Shown here: in pieces, positions 8,343-18,183 of the stretch
Layout of the letters: the number at the start of each line of letters is the position of its first letter
How positions within the stretch are numbered: position 1 is the first letter of the stretch
Assembly: GCA_022768465.1 (NCBI GenBank)
Contig: JALELZ010000029.1
Location: 745 to 64,744, forward strand
Reading direction: 5' to 3'
Length of the DNA: 64,000 bases
From: Lachnospiraceae bacterium
GTDB lineage: Bacteria > Bacillota > Clostridia > Lachnospirales > Lachnospiraceae
Translations under genes and position numbers: made by a program
The notes under the pieces: generated by a model
What the model was told of the DNA's origin: nothing
Seen by the model: only the letters and a program-made list of their open reading frames with translations
The model's database searches: none

Positions 8343-9896
8343 TTATATTTTCAGAGACCAGTCCTCGCAATTCCACACATCTGTCACTATATCCTCATAA
8401 AAATCAGGCTCATGGCATATGAGCAGAATGCTTCCCTTGTATTCCTTTAACGCTCTTTTAAGCTCATCCTTCGCATCAACATCAAGATGGTTTGTGGGCT
8501 CATCAAGAAGCAGGACATTTGTCTCATGATTAATAAGCTTGCAGAGTCTTACCTTTGCCTGCTCTCCTCCGCTTAATACCTTCATGAGGCTCTCGATATG
8601 CTTTGTCATAAGTCCGCATTTTGCAAGTGCAGAACGCACTTCATACTGAGTATATGCAGGAAATTCTGACCACAGCTCATCTATACAGCTGATATTGGTC
8701 TCATATTTTTTTTCCTGTTCAAAATATCCGGGATAAAGGTAATCGCCTAACTCAGAGCTTCCGCTGATAGGATCAATGTATCCCATGATACTCTTTAAAA
8801 GCGTAGTCTTTCCTATTCCGTTAGCTCCGACCATGGCAATCTTCTGACCTCTCTCCATTACCAGATTTAACGGTCTTGAAAGCGGCTCATCATAGCCTAT
8901 TACCAGATCATGAGTTTCAAATATATATTTACCCGGCGTTCTTGCAATCTTAAAATTAAACTCAGGCTTCGGCTTATCTGCCGCAAGCTCTATCACATCC
9001 ATCTTATCAAGCTTCTTCTGACGTGACATTGCCATGTTTCTTGTAGACACTCTTGCCTTATTTCGTGCGACAAAGTCCTTAAGCTCGCTTATCTCCTGCT
9101 GCTGTCTCTTATATGCTGCCTCAAGCTGTGAACGCTTAACCTCATAAACACGTTCGAAGTCATTGTAATTTCCGACGTATCTCGTCAGCACGCCGTCTTC
9201 AATATGATAGATAAGGTTAATAACACTGTTTAAAAACGGTATATCATGTGATATCAGTATAAAAGCATTATCATAATCATTGAGATAGCGTTTAAGCCAT
9301 TCAATGTGATTGGCATCAAGGTAGTTTGTAGGCTCGTCAAGCAGCAGAATGTCCGGCTTTTCAAGAAGAAGCTTTGCCAAAAGTATCTTGGTTCTCTGTC
9401 CTCCGGAAAGCTCTGTAACATCTCTGTCAAGTCCAAGCTCCATGAGTCCAAGTGCTCTTGCAACCTCTTCAACCTTTGCATCAATCAAATAAAAATCATG
9501 TGCATCAAGAAGCTCCTGTATCTCTCCAAGCTCTTCCATCATCTGTGTAAGCTCATCCTCTGATGCATCACCCATTGCATTGCATATATCATTCATTCTG
9601 GCTTCAAGATCAAAAAGATGAAGGTATGCACTTCTTAAGACATCACCTATAGTCATGCCCTTTTCAAGGACGGCATGCTGGTCAAGATAACCTACCCTCA
9701 CATTTTTAGCCCACTCTATTTTTCCCTCATCAGGCTGCATTTTCCCCATGATAATGTTCATGAATGTAGATTTTCCTTCACCGTTGGCTCCGACAAATCC
9801 GACATGCTCGCCCTTTAAAAGTCTGAAAGATACATCCTTCAAAAGTGCTCTGTCTCCAAAGCCGTGACTTACATGCTCAGCGTTAAGTATACTCAT
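8343..9896 (-). CDS. ABC-F family ATPase (two ABC domains, no transmembrane domain)
   Basis: Two Walker A motifs (GANGEGKST, GANGIGKTT), two LSGGQ/LSGGE signatures and an inter-domain linker. Start at ATG 9896 with a GAGGGAG SD; the track start is a TTG inside the SD. Confidence 0.9.
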   Translation of the reverse strand: MSILNAEHVSHGFGDRALLKDVSFRLLKGEHVGFVGANGEGKSTFMNIIMGKMQPDEGKIEWAKNVRVGYLDQHAVLEKGMTIGDVLRSAYLHLFDLEARMNDICNAMGDASEDELTQMMEELGEIQELLDAHDFYLIDAKVEEVARALGLMELGLDRDVTELSGGQRTKILLAKLLLEKPDILLLDEPTNYLDANHIEWLKRYLNDYDNAFILISHDIPFLNSVINLIYHIEDGVLTRYVGNYNDFERVYEVKRSQLEAAYKRQQQEISELKDFVARNKARVSTRNMAMSRQKKLDKMDVIELAADKPKPEFNFKIARTPGKYIFETHDLVIGYDEPLSRPLNLVMERGQKIAMVGANGIGKTTLLKSIMGYIDPISGSSELGDYLYPGYFEQEKKYETNISCIDELWSEFPAYTQYEVRSALAKCGLMTKHIESLMKVLSGGEQAKVRLCKLINHETNVLLLDEPTNHLDVDAKDELKRALKEYKGSILLICHEPDFYEDIVTDVWNCEDWSLKI

Positions 9897-10073
9897 ACAT
9901 TTCTCCCTCAAATATCATAGATTCTCATATAGCTTTTCTATTATAAATTAAGCTCCTCAGAATGTCACTAAGGTTCGTTCACGCAATAATAAACATAATT
10001 TCACATAATTACAGTATATATGCGTTCCCGGTGCAACGGAGCATGACGCAGCGTCTGACTGACTTGCGCTTTA

Positions 10074-10104
10074 CATAAAACGGGAAGCCTTTTAAGGCCT
10101 CCCG
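10074..10104 (-). terminator. Terminator after the glycerate kinase gene
   Basis: GGGAGGCC ttaaaa GGCTTCCC (one G-U pair), followed by GTTTTATG on the minus strand. Confidence 0.6.
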
Positions 10105-10145
10105 CATTGAAATGTCTCAATATAAATATTATTGCATCGATATAC

Positions 10146-11378
10146 TTATCTCTTAATAAGAAGAACTGCAACGTCGTTAACATTAGTACCTGTAGCACCT
10201 GTTATGATGAGTCCGTCTACCTTCTTGAGTGCATGGTAAGCATCATTATCCTTAAGAACCTCGTATATAGCGATTCCCTGCTCCTTGAGCTTTCCGGCTG
10301 TATCCTGATCAGCATAGCCGCCCGCTGCATCTGTAGGTCCGTCTGTTCCGTCTGAGCCTACTGAGAATACAGCTGTGTCCTTAAGTCCTGCAAGTCCTTC
10401 TGCTGCAGAAAGAGCTATCTCCTGGTTACGTCCGCCCTTTCCTTTTCCTGTAAGATGAACAACAGTCTCACCGCCTGCAATATAAGCAAGGCTTTCAGTT
10501 GTTCCCTGCTGTGTCTTTCCTATAGAAGCCAGGAATGATCCGGCCTCTCTTGCCTCGCAAACAAGCTGATCTGTAAGAATTACAGGCTTATATCCTAACT
10601 CCTCTGCTGCCTTAGCTGCAGCTCTGCAAAGATTGATAACCGATCCTGTGATCTGTGTCTCAACATTATCAAGCTCCTTAGGTGTCTCTTCCTTAAGAAG
10701 TCCCTTTGCAAGATCACTGAGCTTAAGATCATACTTAGCAACTATTCTTGCCGCATCCTCACAGGTTGAGCTGTCAGGATATGCCGGGCCGGAAGCGATC
10801 ATGTCGAGAGGATCTCCTAAAATATCACTGAGCACTATGCTGAATACATGCGCAGGTTTACATGCTATTGCGAACTTTCCGCCCTTAACCGCAGAAATAC
10901 GCTTGCGGATAGTGTTGGTCTCTGTGATCTCTGCACCGCATGCAAGAAGCTGCTTTGTTATATCTGTAAGCTCCTCAGCAGGAATAAGCGGTTTCTCAAA
11001 GAGTGCTGATCCACCGCCTGAAACAAGGAATAATACTGTATCATCCTTGGTAAGTCCGCTTACAAGATCAAGAGCTGCCTGTGTTGCCTTAAATGAGTTC
11101 TCGTCCGGTACCGGATGTCCAGCCTCATAGCAGGTAGTATGAGGTATATCACCCTTTACGTGGTCATACTTTGTAACGACAACACCCTCTGTGAGTCTGT
11201 CCCCTAAAATATCAGCCGCAGCCTTACCCATCTGCCATGCAGCCTTGCCTGCTGCAACCATAACGACCTTGCCGCTTCCGAAATCCTTGCCTTTTAAAGC
11301 CTTTGCTACAGCTTCGTCAGGCAATACCGCCTTTAATGATGCACTGATGATAGCATCAGCATCCTGCCTTATTGTCAT
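10146..11378 (-). CDS. Glycerate kinase, DUF4147/MOFRL type
   Basis: MTIRQDADAIISASLKAVLPDEAV..., VVMVAAGKAA, LFLVSGGGSAL, GSDGTDGPTDAAG. Start at ATG 11378 with AGGAGG. Confidence 0.85.
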   Translation of the reverse strand: MTIRQDADAIISASLKAVLPDEAVAKALKGKDFGSGKVVMVAAGKAAWQMGKAAADILGDRLTEGVVVTKYDHVKGDIPHTTCYEAGHPVPDENSFKATQAALDLVSGLTKDDTVLFLVSGGGSALFEKPLIPAEELTDITKQLLACGAEITETNTIRKRISAVKGGKFAIACKPAHVFSIVLSDILGDPLDMIASGPAYPDSSTCEDAARIVAKYDLKLSDLAKGLLKEETPKELDNVETQITGSVINLCRAAAKAAEELGYKPVILTDQLVCEAREAGSFLASIGKTQQGTTESLAYIAGGETVVHLTGKGKGGRNQEIALSAAEGLAGLKDTAVFSVGSDGTDGPTDAAGGYADQDTAGKLKEQGIAIYEVLKDNDAYHALKKVDGLIITGATGTNVNDVAVLLIKR

Positions 11379-11528
11379 TTCACTTTCCTCCTGATATAAA
11401 ACAAATATGTTATATTCAGTATATTTCAATCAAATATCTGCAAAGCTGTTAGAAAATGCAGTTCCGATTACGATTATTTTAAGGCATTATACACATAAAA
11501 AGCAAGGTATTTAAAGCATTTGTATACA

Positions 11529-12842
11529 TTAATTATTTACACGTTTCCAATAAGCTCCTCCGCATGCTTCTATAAGCCCCTTAAGCTCCAGATTGGAAAG
11601 AATAAAGCCGGCTTCGGAAAGCTCTAAGCAGCATTTTTCTGATACTGTTTCTATATGTTCCGGTTCTGCTGAAAGTAAAGAAAGTATTGCTTTTTCCATA
11701 TTTGAAAGTCCGCAAATACCTTTATTATTATAAATATTTGCTGAGCCTTTATTATCATATAAAGCGGTGTTAACATTTTTGTTGTAAAGCTCAGCAGCTT
11801 CTTTATTATTACAATCAGTCATGTTACATGCCTTATCGATCCCAAGATAAAACAACACATCCTCAGGCTCGGTAAGCGGTATTGCTCCATCCTTTAGCAA
11901 TTTATTACAGCCTCTTCCGAGCGGATCGGTAATACGTCCCGGCAATGCAAACACATCCTTTCCCTGTTCAAGAGCATAGTTAACGGTAATACTTGTTCCG
12001 CTTTTTTCTCTTGCCTCAATAACAAGAAGTACATCACCAAGACCTGCTATGATACGATTTCTCATTACAAAATGCTTTGACAATGCTTCTGCTCTGGGGT
12101 GAAACTCCGATATAATACCACCCTGAGAAAGCACATCGCCTGCATCTACAGATGTACCGCCTTGAGCGGTGCAATAATCCCGACATCTTCTTAAGTCTCC
12201 CGCCATTTTTCTATACAAACTATAGTTTTCTTTGGGATAACACACGTTCACTCCCGATCCCAGTACAGCATAGCTTTCTCGTCCCTTTTTCAGCGCTCCG
12301 CTCGCAGCAGCCGCATCTATACCGTAAGCAAGTCCGCTTATTATTTGTACACCGCATGCCGCTAATTCTCCTGCAAAATACTCCGCTGCAGCTATCCCAT
12401 AGTCACTGCAGCTTCTTGCACCGATAACAGATGCCGTCGGTCTTTCTTCATCCGGAAGCCTGCCTTTTATATATAAAACAGGAGGCGGTGCATCTATATT
12501 TTTAAGCCGTCTCGGATAATCCTCATCATCAATGGTTACTATTCTTATTCCTTCAGACAAAAATCCTCTGTAATCATCGTACAGTTCCTTTTTTCTTCTT
12601 TTAATATCGTTAAATCCATCTGCCTGTCTTTTACTTAAGATGCCTTCCTTCAGCAGTGCATCCGGAGACATCTGCAGTGCCTGATAACAGCCTCCTGCAT
12701 ACCTTTTCACTTTTTCTATGCTTTTCGGCCCCATACCACTGCAGCATGTAAGCATAAAGCAGGAAAATCTTTCGATATCTGCATCAGCTGCTTTTACTGA
12801 CGGATCAAGCTCCGACGGCGTCACTTTATCATTAGCCTTCAT
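11529..12842 (-). CDS. dprA: DNA processing protein DprA (Smf)
   Basis: Rossmann-like core ...VIGARSCSDYG...ISGLAYGIDAAAA...SGTSITVNYALEQGKDVFALPG. ATG 12842 lies 6 nt after the comM stop; the track start is a TTG. Confidence 0.9.
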   Translation of the reverse strand: MKANDKVTPSELDPSVKAADADIERFSCFMLTCCSGMGPKSIEKVKRYAGGCYQALQMSPDALLKEGILSKRQADGFNDIKRRKKELYDDYRGFLSEGIRIVTIDDEDYPRRLKNIDAPPPVLYIKGRLPDEERPTASVIGARSCSDYGIAAAEYFAGELAACGVQIISGLAYGIDAAAASGALKKGRESYAVLGSGVNVCYPKENYSLYRKMAGDLRRCRDYCTAQGGTSVDAGDVLSQGGIISEFHPRAEALSKHFVMRNRIIAGLGDVLLVIEAREKSGTSITVNYALEQGKDVFALPGRITDPLGRGCNKLLKDGAIPLTEPEDVLFYLGIDKACNMTDCNNKEAAELYNKNVNTALYDNKGSANIYNNKGICGLSNMEKAILSLLSAEPEHIETVSEKCCLELSEAGFILSNLELKGLIEACGGAYWKRVNN

Positions 12843-12847
12843 CGGTC

Positions 12848-14452
12848 TCAAGCCTCTATCTTTCTGAACAGCGCATCTTCTATACTTCTTAGCCCGACCG
12901 CCTCCGATAGCTGCCTTACACCTATATCTTCACAGCCATCCATGTCCGCTATTGTCCGGGCAGTCTTAAGTATCTTATGATATGTCCTTCCCGAAATGTT
13001 TTTGACCTTGAAAACCTCACTGATATATTCCTTTTCTGCCTTTCCCAACACGCAGAACTTTTCCGTTTCTTTTATTCCCATTCGTCCGTTAAAGCTGACT
13101 CCGTCGATATTTTTAAAACGCTCCTCCTGAATTTTTCTCGCTGCAATAACTCTCTTCCTGATATCCGCTGAGCTTTCTGCATTGCGTTCTTCTGAGAGCT
13201 CTTTCAATGTTACAGGCACGGCCTCCGCGCATATATCTATCCTTTCCAAAAGCGGTCTTGACAGCCTTCCCATATATGCCTTTATCTGTCCTCTTGTGCA
13301 GGTACATTTTCGCTTATCCGGGTATTGTCCGCAGGCACAGTTGTTCATTGCTGCAACCAAAATAAAATCGGCAGGATATGTACAGCTTCCCTTCATGCGT
13401 GTAACCGTTACTGTCCTGTCCTCCAAGGGCTGCCTGAGACTTTCAAGTACCTCTCGCCGAAATAAAGGAAGCTCATCTAGAAACAATATCCCTCCTGAGG
13501 CAAGAGTAATCTCCCCCGGCATTGCGTTTATGCCTCCTCCTGCAAATGAGGCCTCAGAAACTCCGTGATGCGGACTTCTAAACGGCCTTTTTGATAGCAG
13601 CGGACGATCATCAGGAAGCAGACCACAAATACTGTACACCTTTGATATTTCGATATCCTCTTCCCTTGAAAGCTCAGGCATGATAGTTGGCATGCGTTTT
13701 GCAATCATAGTCTTTCCGGTTCCTGCAGGACCGGATAAAAGAAGGTTGTGACAGCCGCTTACTGCAATCTCCGCCGCTCTCTTTAAATATTTCTGCCCAT
13801 GTACCTCCGAAAAATCCACATCACATAGATAAGCCTCCTGCTCTTTTTCTTCAGCTCCGGCATCATATGGCTTATCAGCATTCCTTTCCCGCAAACTTCT
13901 ATTGTCGCTTTCGCCTCTTAATGTTATTATGCCTTCACTTTCTTCTTTTCTTAAATATTTCAGAAGTGCAGTTAAGTCTCTGCAGCCTATTACCTCTATT
14001 GACTCACATAGTGCAGCCTCAGATGCATTATCATAAGGAACGACTACTCGCCTTATACTATTTGACTTAAGTGTAAATGTCAGCGGCAGAGCACCTCTTA
14101 CCTTTTTAATGCTTCCGTCTAATCCGATCTCACCAAAAAATCCGGTGTCAGATAGTGCTTTATAATCTATACATCCCATTGCAGCAAGCACAGCTGCAGC
14201 GATCGGCAGATCATAGGCAGTCCCTTCCTTTCTCACGGATGCCGGTGAAAAATTAACTGTGATTTTTTTAGGCTCAGGATGTATACCGCTGTTTTTAAGC
14301 GCATTCCATACACGATGCTGAGCTTCTCTTGTCTCTGTGGACATTGCCCCGGTAAGATAAAAGCCCGGAAGTCCGTTTTGTACATCAGCTTCAACCTCTG
14401 CCGCAAATCCGCCTATACCAAAAAGTCCCGCAGTATTTATCTTGGCAAACAT
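12848..14452 (-). CDS. comM: YifB/ComM family Mg-chelatase-like AAA+ ATPase
   Basis: Lon-protease-like N-terminal domain (GEIGLDGSIKKVRG), Walker A LLSGPAGTGKTM, GILFLDELPLF Walker B. Confidence 0.9.
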   Translation of the reverse strand: MFAKINTAGLFGIGGFAAEVEADVQNGLPGFYLTGAMSTETREAQHRVWNALKNSGIHPEPKKITVNFSPASVRKEGTAYDLPIAAAVLAAMGCIDYKALSDTGFFGEIGLDGSIKKVRGALPLTFTLKSNSIRRVVVPYDNASEAALCESIEVIGCRDLTALLKYLRKEESEGIITLRGESDNRSLRERNADKPYDAGAEEKEQEAYLCDVDFSEVHGQKYLKRAAEIAVSGCHNLLLSGPAGTGKTMIAKRMPTIMPELSREEDIEISKVYSICGLLPDDRPLLSKRPFRSPHHGVSEASFAGGGINAMPGEITLASGGILFLDELPLFRREVLESLRQPLEDRTVTVTRMKGSCTYPADFILVAAMNNCACGQYPDKRKCTCTRGQIKAYMGRLSRPLLERIDICAEAVPVTLKELSEERNAESSADIRKRVIAARKIQEERFKNIDGVSFNGRMGIKETEKFCVLGKAEKEYISEVFKVKNISGRTYHKILKTARTIADMDGCEDIGVRQLSEAVGLRSIEDALFRKIEA

Positions 14453-14701
14453 GGAGCTACCTCACTGCAGTGCTTGATCTTCATATTCAATTTTATGTTT
14501 TGCATGTAAATACCGAACCGGCAACAGATAAGCCGCTTAATGCAGCTTCATACACATAGTCCCAACAGACATCATAGATTTATAGACTTCTGAAAAAATA
14601 TCTCTGAAAAGTTACTGTTATATTAGCATCTATATTCTTTTACTACAAGTGTTAAAGTCAGGATATATTCCATCCCCATAAAAATCCTATATAAATCAAA
14701 A

Positions 14702-14768
14702 AACTTAAAACCGCAAATCAGCCTTATATACTTGACTGATTCACGGTTCAAAACAACACTTTTTGTCC
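14702..14768 (-). repeat. Copy 1 of a 67-nt conserved hairpin element (terminator-like; possible small RNA or 3' module)
   Basis: 60/67 identical to 26872-26938. It has a 13-14 bp stem. See findings. Confidence 0.7.
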
Positions 14769-14816
14769 AGCCGGAAATCCTGCTTAATCGCAACATTTTA
14801 CTTCAACATATAAATA

Positions 14817-15821
14817 TCAAAAATCAACTAACAGTAGATCCTTGCGTGCTGCAGCCAAGTTGGTCAAATCTTCTGTAAATCCGCTCACACTGAACAACAC
14901 ATACCAGGTTGATCTATTATCATTTCTCCATTCAACAAATCTTGACTTAAACTCAAGTTTATTAAATACACTTATATCAACGGGTTCATTTTTATATTTA
15001 CATTCTCCAAGTATCAGATTATTTCCTTCCATATCTAATGCTGCTATATCAATTTCCTCTTTTGAGTTCCACCATTTTCCAACAGCTTTGAAGTAAAACG
15101 GCCAGTTTTTTTCTGCATTAAGCTTCCACATTCTCTCTTTACAAATATCCTCAAATGCATATGCCGTATGTATGTTTATGAGATTATTACGAATTATATC
15201 TGAAACGATTTTAGTATTTCCGCTTTCAATATAACTCATGTTTGGATATATAAAAATAAACCAGAATTTAATATAGTTATCTTTAATTTTATATAAGCCT
15301 CTCTTACTTGTCAGCGGTTTTTCCTCTGTAACAGGAACTTCTCTTTCTATTATATCCAGATCTGTCAGCACCTTTAAATATTTAGACAAGCTTGTTGCTT
15401 TAACCTCCAATGAGGTGGAAATCGCAGAAAGCTTATTATTTCCTGCTGCAATAGCCCTTATCAGTGAAAAATAGCTGCCTATTTCGCTTACTTCCTGTTG
15501 GAGCAAGAAATACGGTTCATCATAAAGATAACTGGATTTATTTAAAATTGATTCATCAATTGAATCAAATACATCCGTTCCGTTAGAGAACATTTCAATA
15601 TACTTTGGAACTTCTCCTGTAACCGAATAAAGCTTTATAAGTTCCTTGGGTTCTTTATTTTTAAAGAAGTTTTTTAATAATTCATTTCCTGTAAACTCAG
15701 CCGTCTTATCTTTAAACATGCGAAGATTCTGCATCTCAGATTCCTCACTGGCAAGAAAAAATAACGCGCGTTTATTTTTTATAAACTCTGAGATAAGAGA
15801 GGTTTTTCCTACACGACGTCT
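14817..15821 (-). pseudogene. 5'-truncated ATPase (AAA/ATPase_2 plus DUF234-type)
   Basis: The frame upstream of the track ATG (15734) reads RRRVGKTSLISEFIKNKRALFFLASEESE, a Walker A remnant. It is closed by TAA at 15822-15824, with no ATG/GTG/TTG between them. Confidence 0.75.
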
Positions 15822-15867
15822 TTACCAACACTTTTTCCTATATCCCTAATTCTTTATAAAGCTGCAC

Positions 15868-15902
15868 AGAAAAAGCGAGGCAGCCATATATAGCTGTCTC
15901 GC
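15868..15902 (-). terminator. Terminator after the pseudouridine synthase gene
   Basis: GCGAGACAGC tatatatg GCTGCCTCGC, followed by TTTTTCTG on the minus strand. Confidence 0.8.
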
Positions 15903-15917
15903 TGATAAAATTTAGTT

Positions 15918-16952
15918 TCAAATTTCTTCTATAAGCTTTTTAAGATATTCAGGCGGCTCAGCAGTCATCTTCTTTCCCGAAAGATACGAAAGCGGCTCCG
16001 GAAGATCCTCCGGCATGATCATTTCCCATGAATGAAGAATATGATTTCCTATGCCGAAGCTTTTCTTAAGCTGTGCGGCAGAACCTCTGCTGCCATATTT
16101 AATATCGCCCAAAACCGGATGTCCTTCTGCTGCCAGATGCGCCCTTATCTGGTGAGTTTTTCCGGTTACAAGTTCAACATTAAGCAGAGTAACATCTTTC
16201 CCGAACAATTTACCATTTCTTATAGGCTCGTATACAGTCTCTATCCTTGCTGCACCTTCTATTTCTCTGTCAAATATCCTGACCTTATTTTCCCTTTCAT
16301 CCTTTATAAGCCACGCCTTCACGCTTTGTTTTTCACTGACTCTGCCCCATACCAATGTCAGATAGAATTTCTTAATGCTTCTGTCCTTAAGCCCTGCCGA
16401 GATAAGCCTCGCTGCAGGATAGGTTTTTGCAAAAAGTATCAGTCCTGAGGTATTTCTGTCCAGTCTGTTGCATATAGATGGAGTAAATGAGCTGAACCTA
16501 TTATCATTGCCGGCATTATCCTGTGCAGCCGCTCTTTGGACATGCTCCAAAAGCACCTCATTGATACTTGTGTCTTGTGGTTTTGCTTTCTGGCTGAGCA
16601 CTCCTATCCTTTTATCTGCCGCTATAAGCTCACTGTCCTCATATATTATCTTGCAGTAATCATCAAGAAACTTTTCTTCCAATGTAAATGTCTCATCCCT
16701 ATCATCATTTGCCGTAAGCAGTCTTGCCGCAAAGCTGCTGAGTGAAACAAGGGTATCGTCTGAAAAATACAGTTCGATCTCATCTCCGCTTTTTAAAAGT
16801 TCACTGCCGTCAGCCCTGTTTTTGCAAAGCTTAATATTCTTTTTTCTGAGATTTTTATATACGAAGCTTTTAGGGGCGGCATCAAAATACTTAAGTAAAA
16901 ATTTATCCAGTCTTCTTCCCGATTCCTCTTCGTTAATTTTTATTATCTGCAT
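15918..16952 (-). CDS. RluA-family 23S rRNA pseudouridine synthase (S4-like N-terminal domain)
   Basis: GRRLDKFL S4 motif, NRLDRNTSGLILFAK catalytic Asp motif, TGKTHQIRAHLA. Confidence 0.9.
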   Translation of the reverse strand: MQIIKINEEESGRRLDKFLLKYFDAAPKSFVYKNLRKKNIKLCKNRADGSELLKSGDEIELYFSDDTLVSLSSFAARLLTANDDRDETFTLEEKFLDDYCKIIYEDSELIAADKRIGVLSQKAKPQDTSINEVLLEHVQRAAAQDNAGNDNRFSSFTPSICNRLDRNTSGLILFAKTYPAARLISAGLKDRSIKKFYLTLVWGRVSEKQSVKAWLIKDERENKVRIFDREIEGAARIETVYEPIRNGKLFGKDVTLLNVELVTGKTHQIRAHLAAEGHPVLGDIKYGSRGSAAQLKKSFGIGNHILHSWEMIMPEDLPEPLSYLSGKKMTAEPPEYLKKLIEEI

Positions 16953-16976
16953 ATGTGACCTTTTAATACTTTGTCT

Positions 16977-17636
16977 TTAAAGCAATTCGCTGTAATCCGT
17001 TATATAATGATCTGCCAGCTTTATTTTTTCCTCATAAAGCTTTTCTGAAAACTCGTCATAAACAGCAATCGTTTCCATACCTGCTGCCTTGCCGGCTAAT
17101 ATTCCCGCAGGTACATCCTCGAACACTATACATTCTTCCGGTCTTGAGCCGAGTATATTCGCCGCATGCAAATAGACATCGGGAGAAGGCTTTCCTCTCT
17201 CGACGTCATCTGCTGTAACTATTGTGTCGAAATATTTGATTATTGAATTAGATTCAAGACACGCTCTTACCATTTTCTCAGCGTTGCTTGTTGCAATGCC
17301 GATCTTGATATCGTGTTCTTTCAGAAATCGAAGAAACTCAGCTGTATAAGGCTTAAGACATACCTCATCACGATATTTCGAATAAGACATCTCTACCCAG
17401 TCTCGTATCATTTCCTCAACGGTTCTCGGAATGTCAAATCTTTCCTTGAAAAAAACGGCTGTCTCATTAATGTTCATGCCTTCTATCTCTCGCTGAAGCT
17501 CCGGATAAAAAGTTTTATCGAATCTGGCTAAATATTCTCTGTCGATATCTGCCCACATCCACATGGAATCAACCAATGTGCCGTCAAGATCAAAAAGCAC
17601 AGTGCTAAAATCACTGTTCAGTTGTTTCAGTTTCAT
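16977..17636 (-). CDS. HAD-superfamily hydrolase (beta-phosphoglucomutase-like phosphatase)
   Basis: Start moved to MKLKQLNSDFSTVLFDLDGTLVDS (DxDGT motif). ...GIATSN..., KGKPSPDVY, FEDVPAGILAG. It overlaps the upstream ORF by 26 nt. Confidence 0.85.
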   Translation of the reverse strand: MKLKQLNSDFSTVLFDLDGTLVDSMWMWADIDREYLARFDKTFYPELQREIEGMNINETAVFFKERFDIPRTVEEMIRDWVEMSYSKYRDEVCLKPYTAEFLRFLKEHDIKIGIATSNAEKMVRACLESNSIIKYFDTIVTADDVERGKPSPDVYLHAANILGSRPEECIVFEDVPAGILAGKAAGMETIAVYDEFSEKLYEEKIKLADHYITDYSELL

Positions 17637-18183
17637 AATTGTCCTGACCGACTCTAAGCTGATTTCTGTTTTCTTCGCACTCGTCAAATACTGTCTGCAG
17701 TGAAGTGAACATATCATCCAGTTTCTGCTTACTGTCAACTGCATGTGCGGCAATAGTGTTCTGAATATTTGCAAGCAGAGAATCAGTATACTGAAGAGCA
17801 CCTTCTCTGATGCTGTTAGCATCTCTGTACGCATCGCTCATGATAGTTTCCGCCTGCTGTCTTGCTTCCTCAACCACCTCATTGGCACGCTGATAAGCTC
17901 TCTGCATTACCTCATGATCGCTGACAAGCTCATCTATCTGAGTCTGAGCATCGTTAAGCATGTTCTGTGCCTGTGACTGCGCATCCTTTAATATAGCATC
18001 CTGCTGGGTAACTATCTTCTGATATTTCTTTATCTCATCAGGAACTCTCATGCGAAGCTCTACGATAAGCTCGTTTATTTCTTCCTTGTTAACGATGATC
18101 CTGCTGTTTGATAACGGCTGATATTTACAGCTGTCTATGTAATCTTCTATATCATCGATAATTTCTTCAATTCTGTTGCTCAT
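17611..18183 (-). CDS. Conserved coiled-coil protein of unknown function
   Basis: 190 aa, Q/E/A-rich heptad-like sequence. Its position after coaD is typical of Clostridia, as far as I recall. Confidence 0.65.
   Translation of the reverse strand: MSNRIEEIIDDIEDYIDSCKYQPLSNSRIIVNKEEINELIVELRMRVPDEIKKYQKIVTQQDAILKDAQSQAQNMLNDAQTQIDELVSDHEVMQRAYQRANEVVEEARQQAETIMSDAYRDANSIREGALQYTDSLLANIQNTIAAHAVDSKQKLDDMFTSLQTVFDECEENRNQLRVGQDNYETETTEQ

Noticed and set aside
9908-9928. Six-codon uORF (MRIYDI*) whose stop overlaps the SD of the ABC-F gene, reminiscent of leader peptides of resistance ABC-F genes
   Set aside because: The best promoter (TGACAT-16-TATAAT, 9940-9967) would place the TSS only about 5 nt before the uORF ATG, leaving no SD. 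No terminator or anti-terminator pair follows. A 6-codon ORF is expected by chance.
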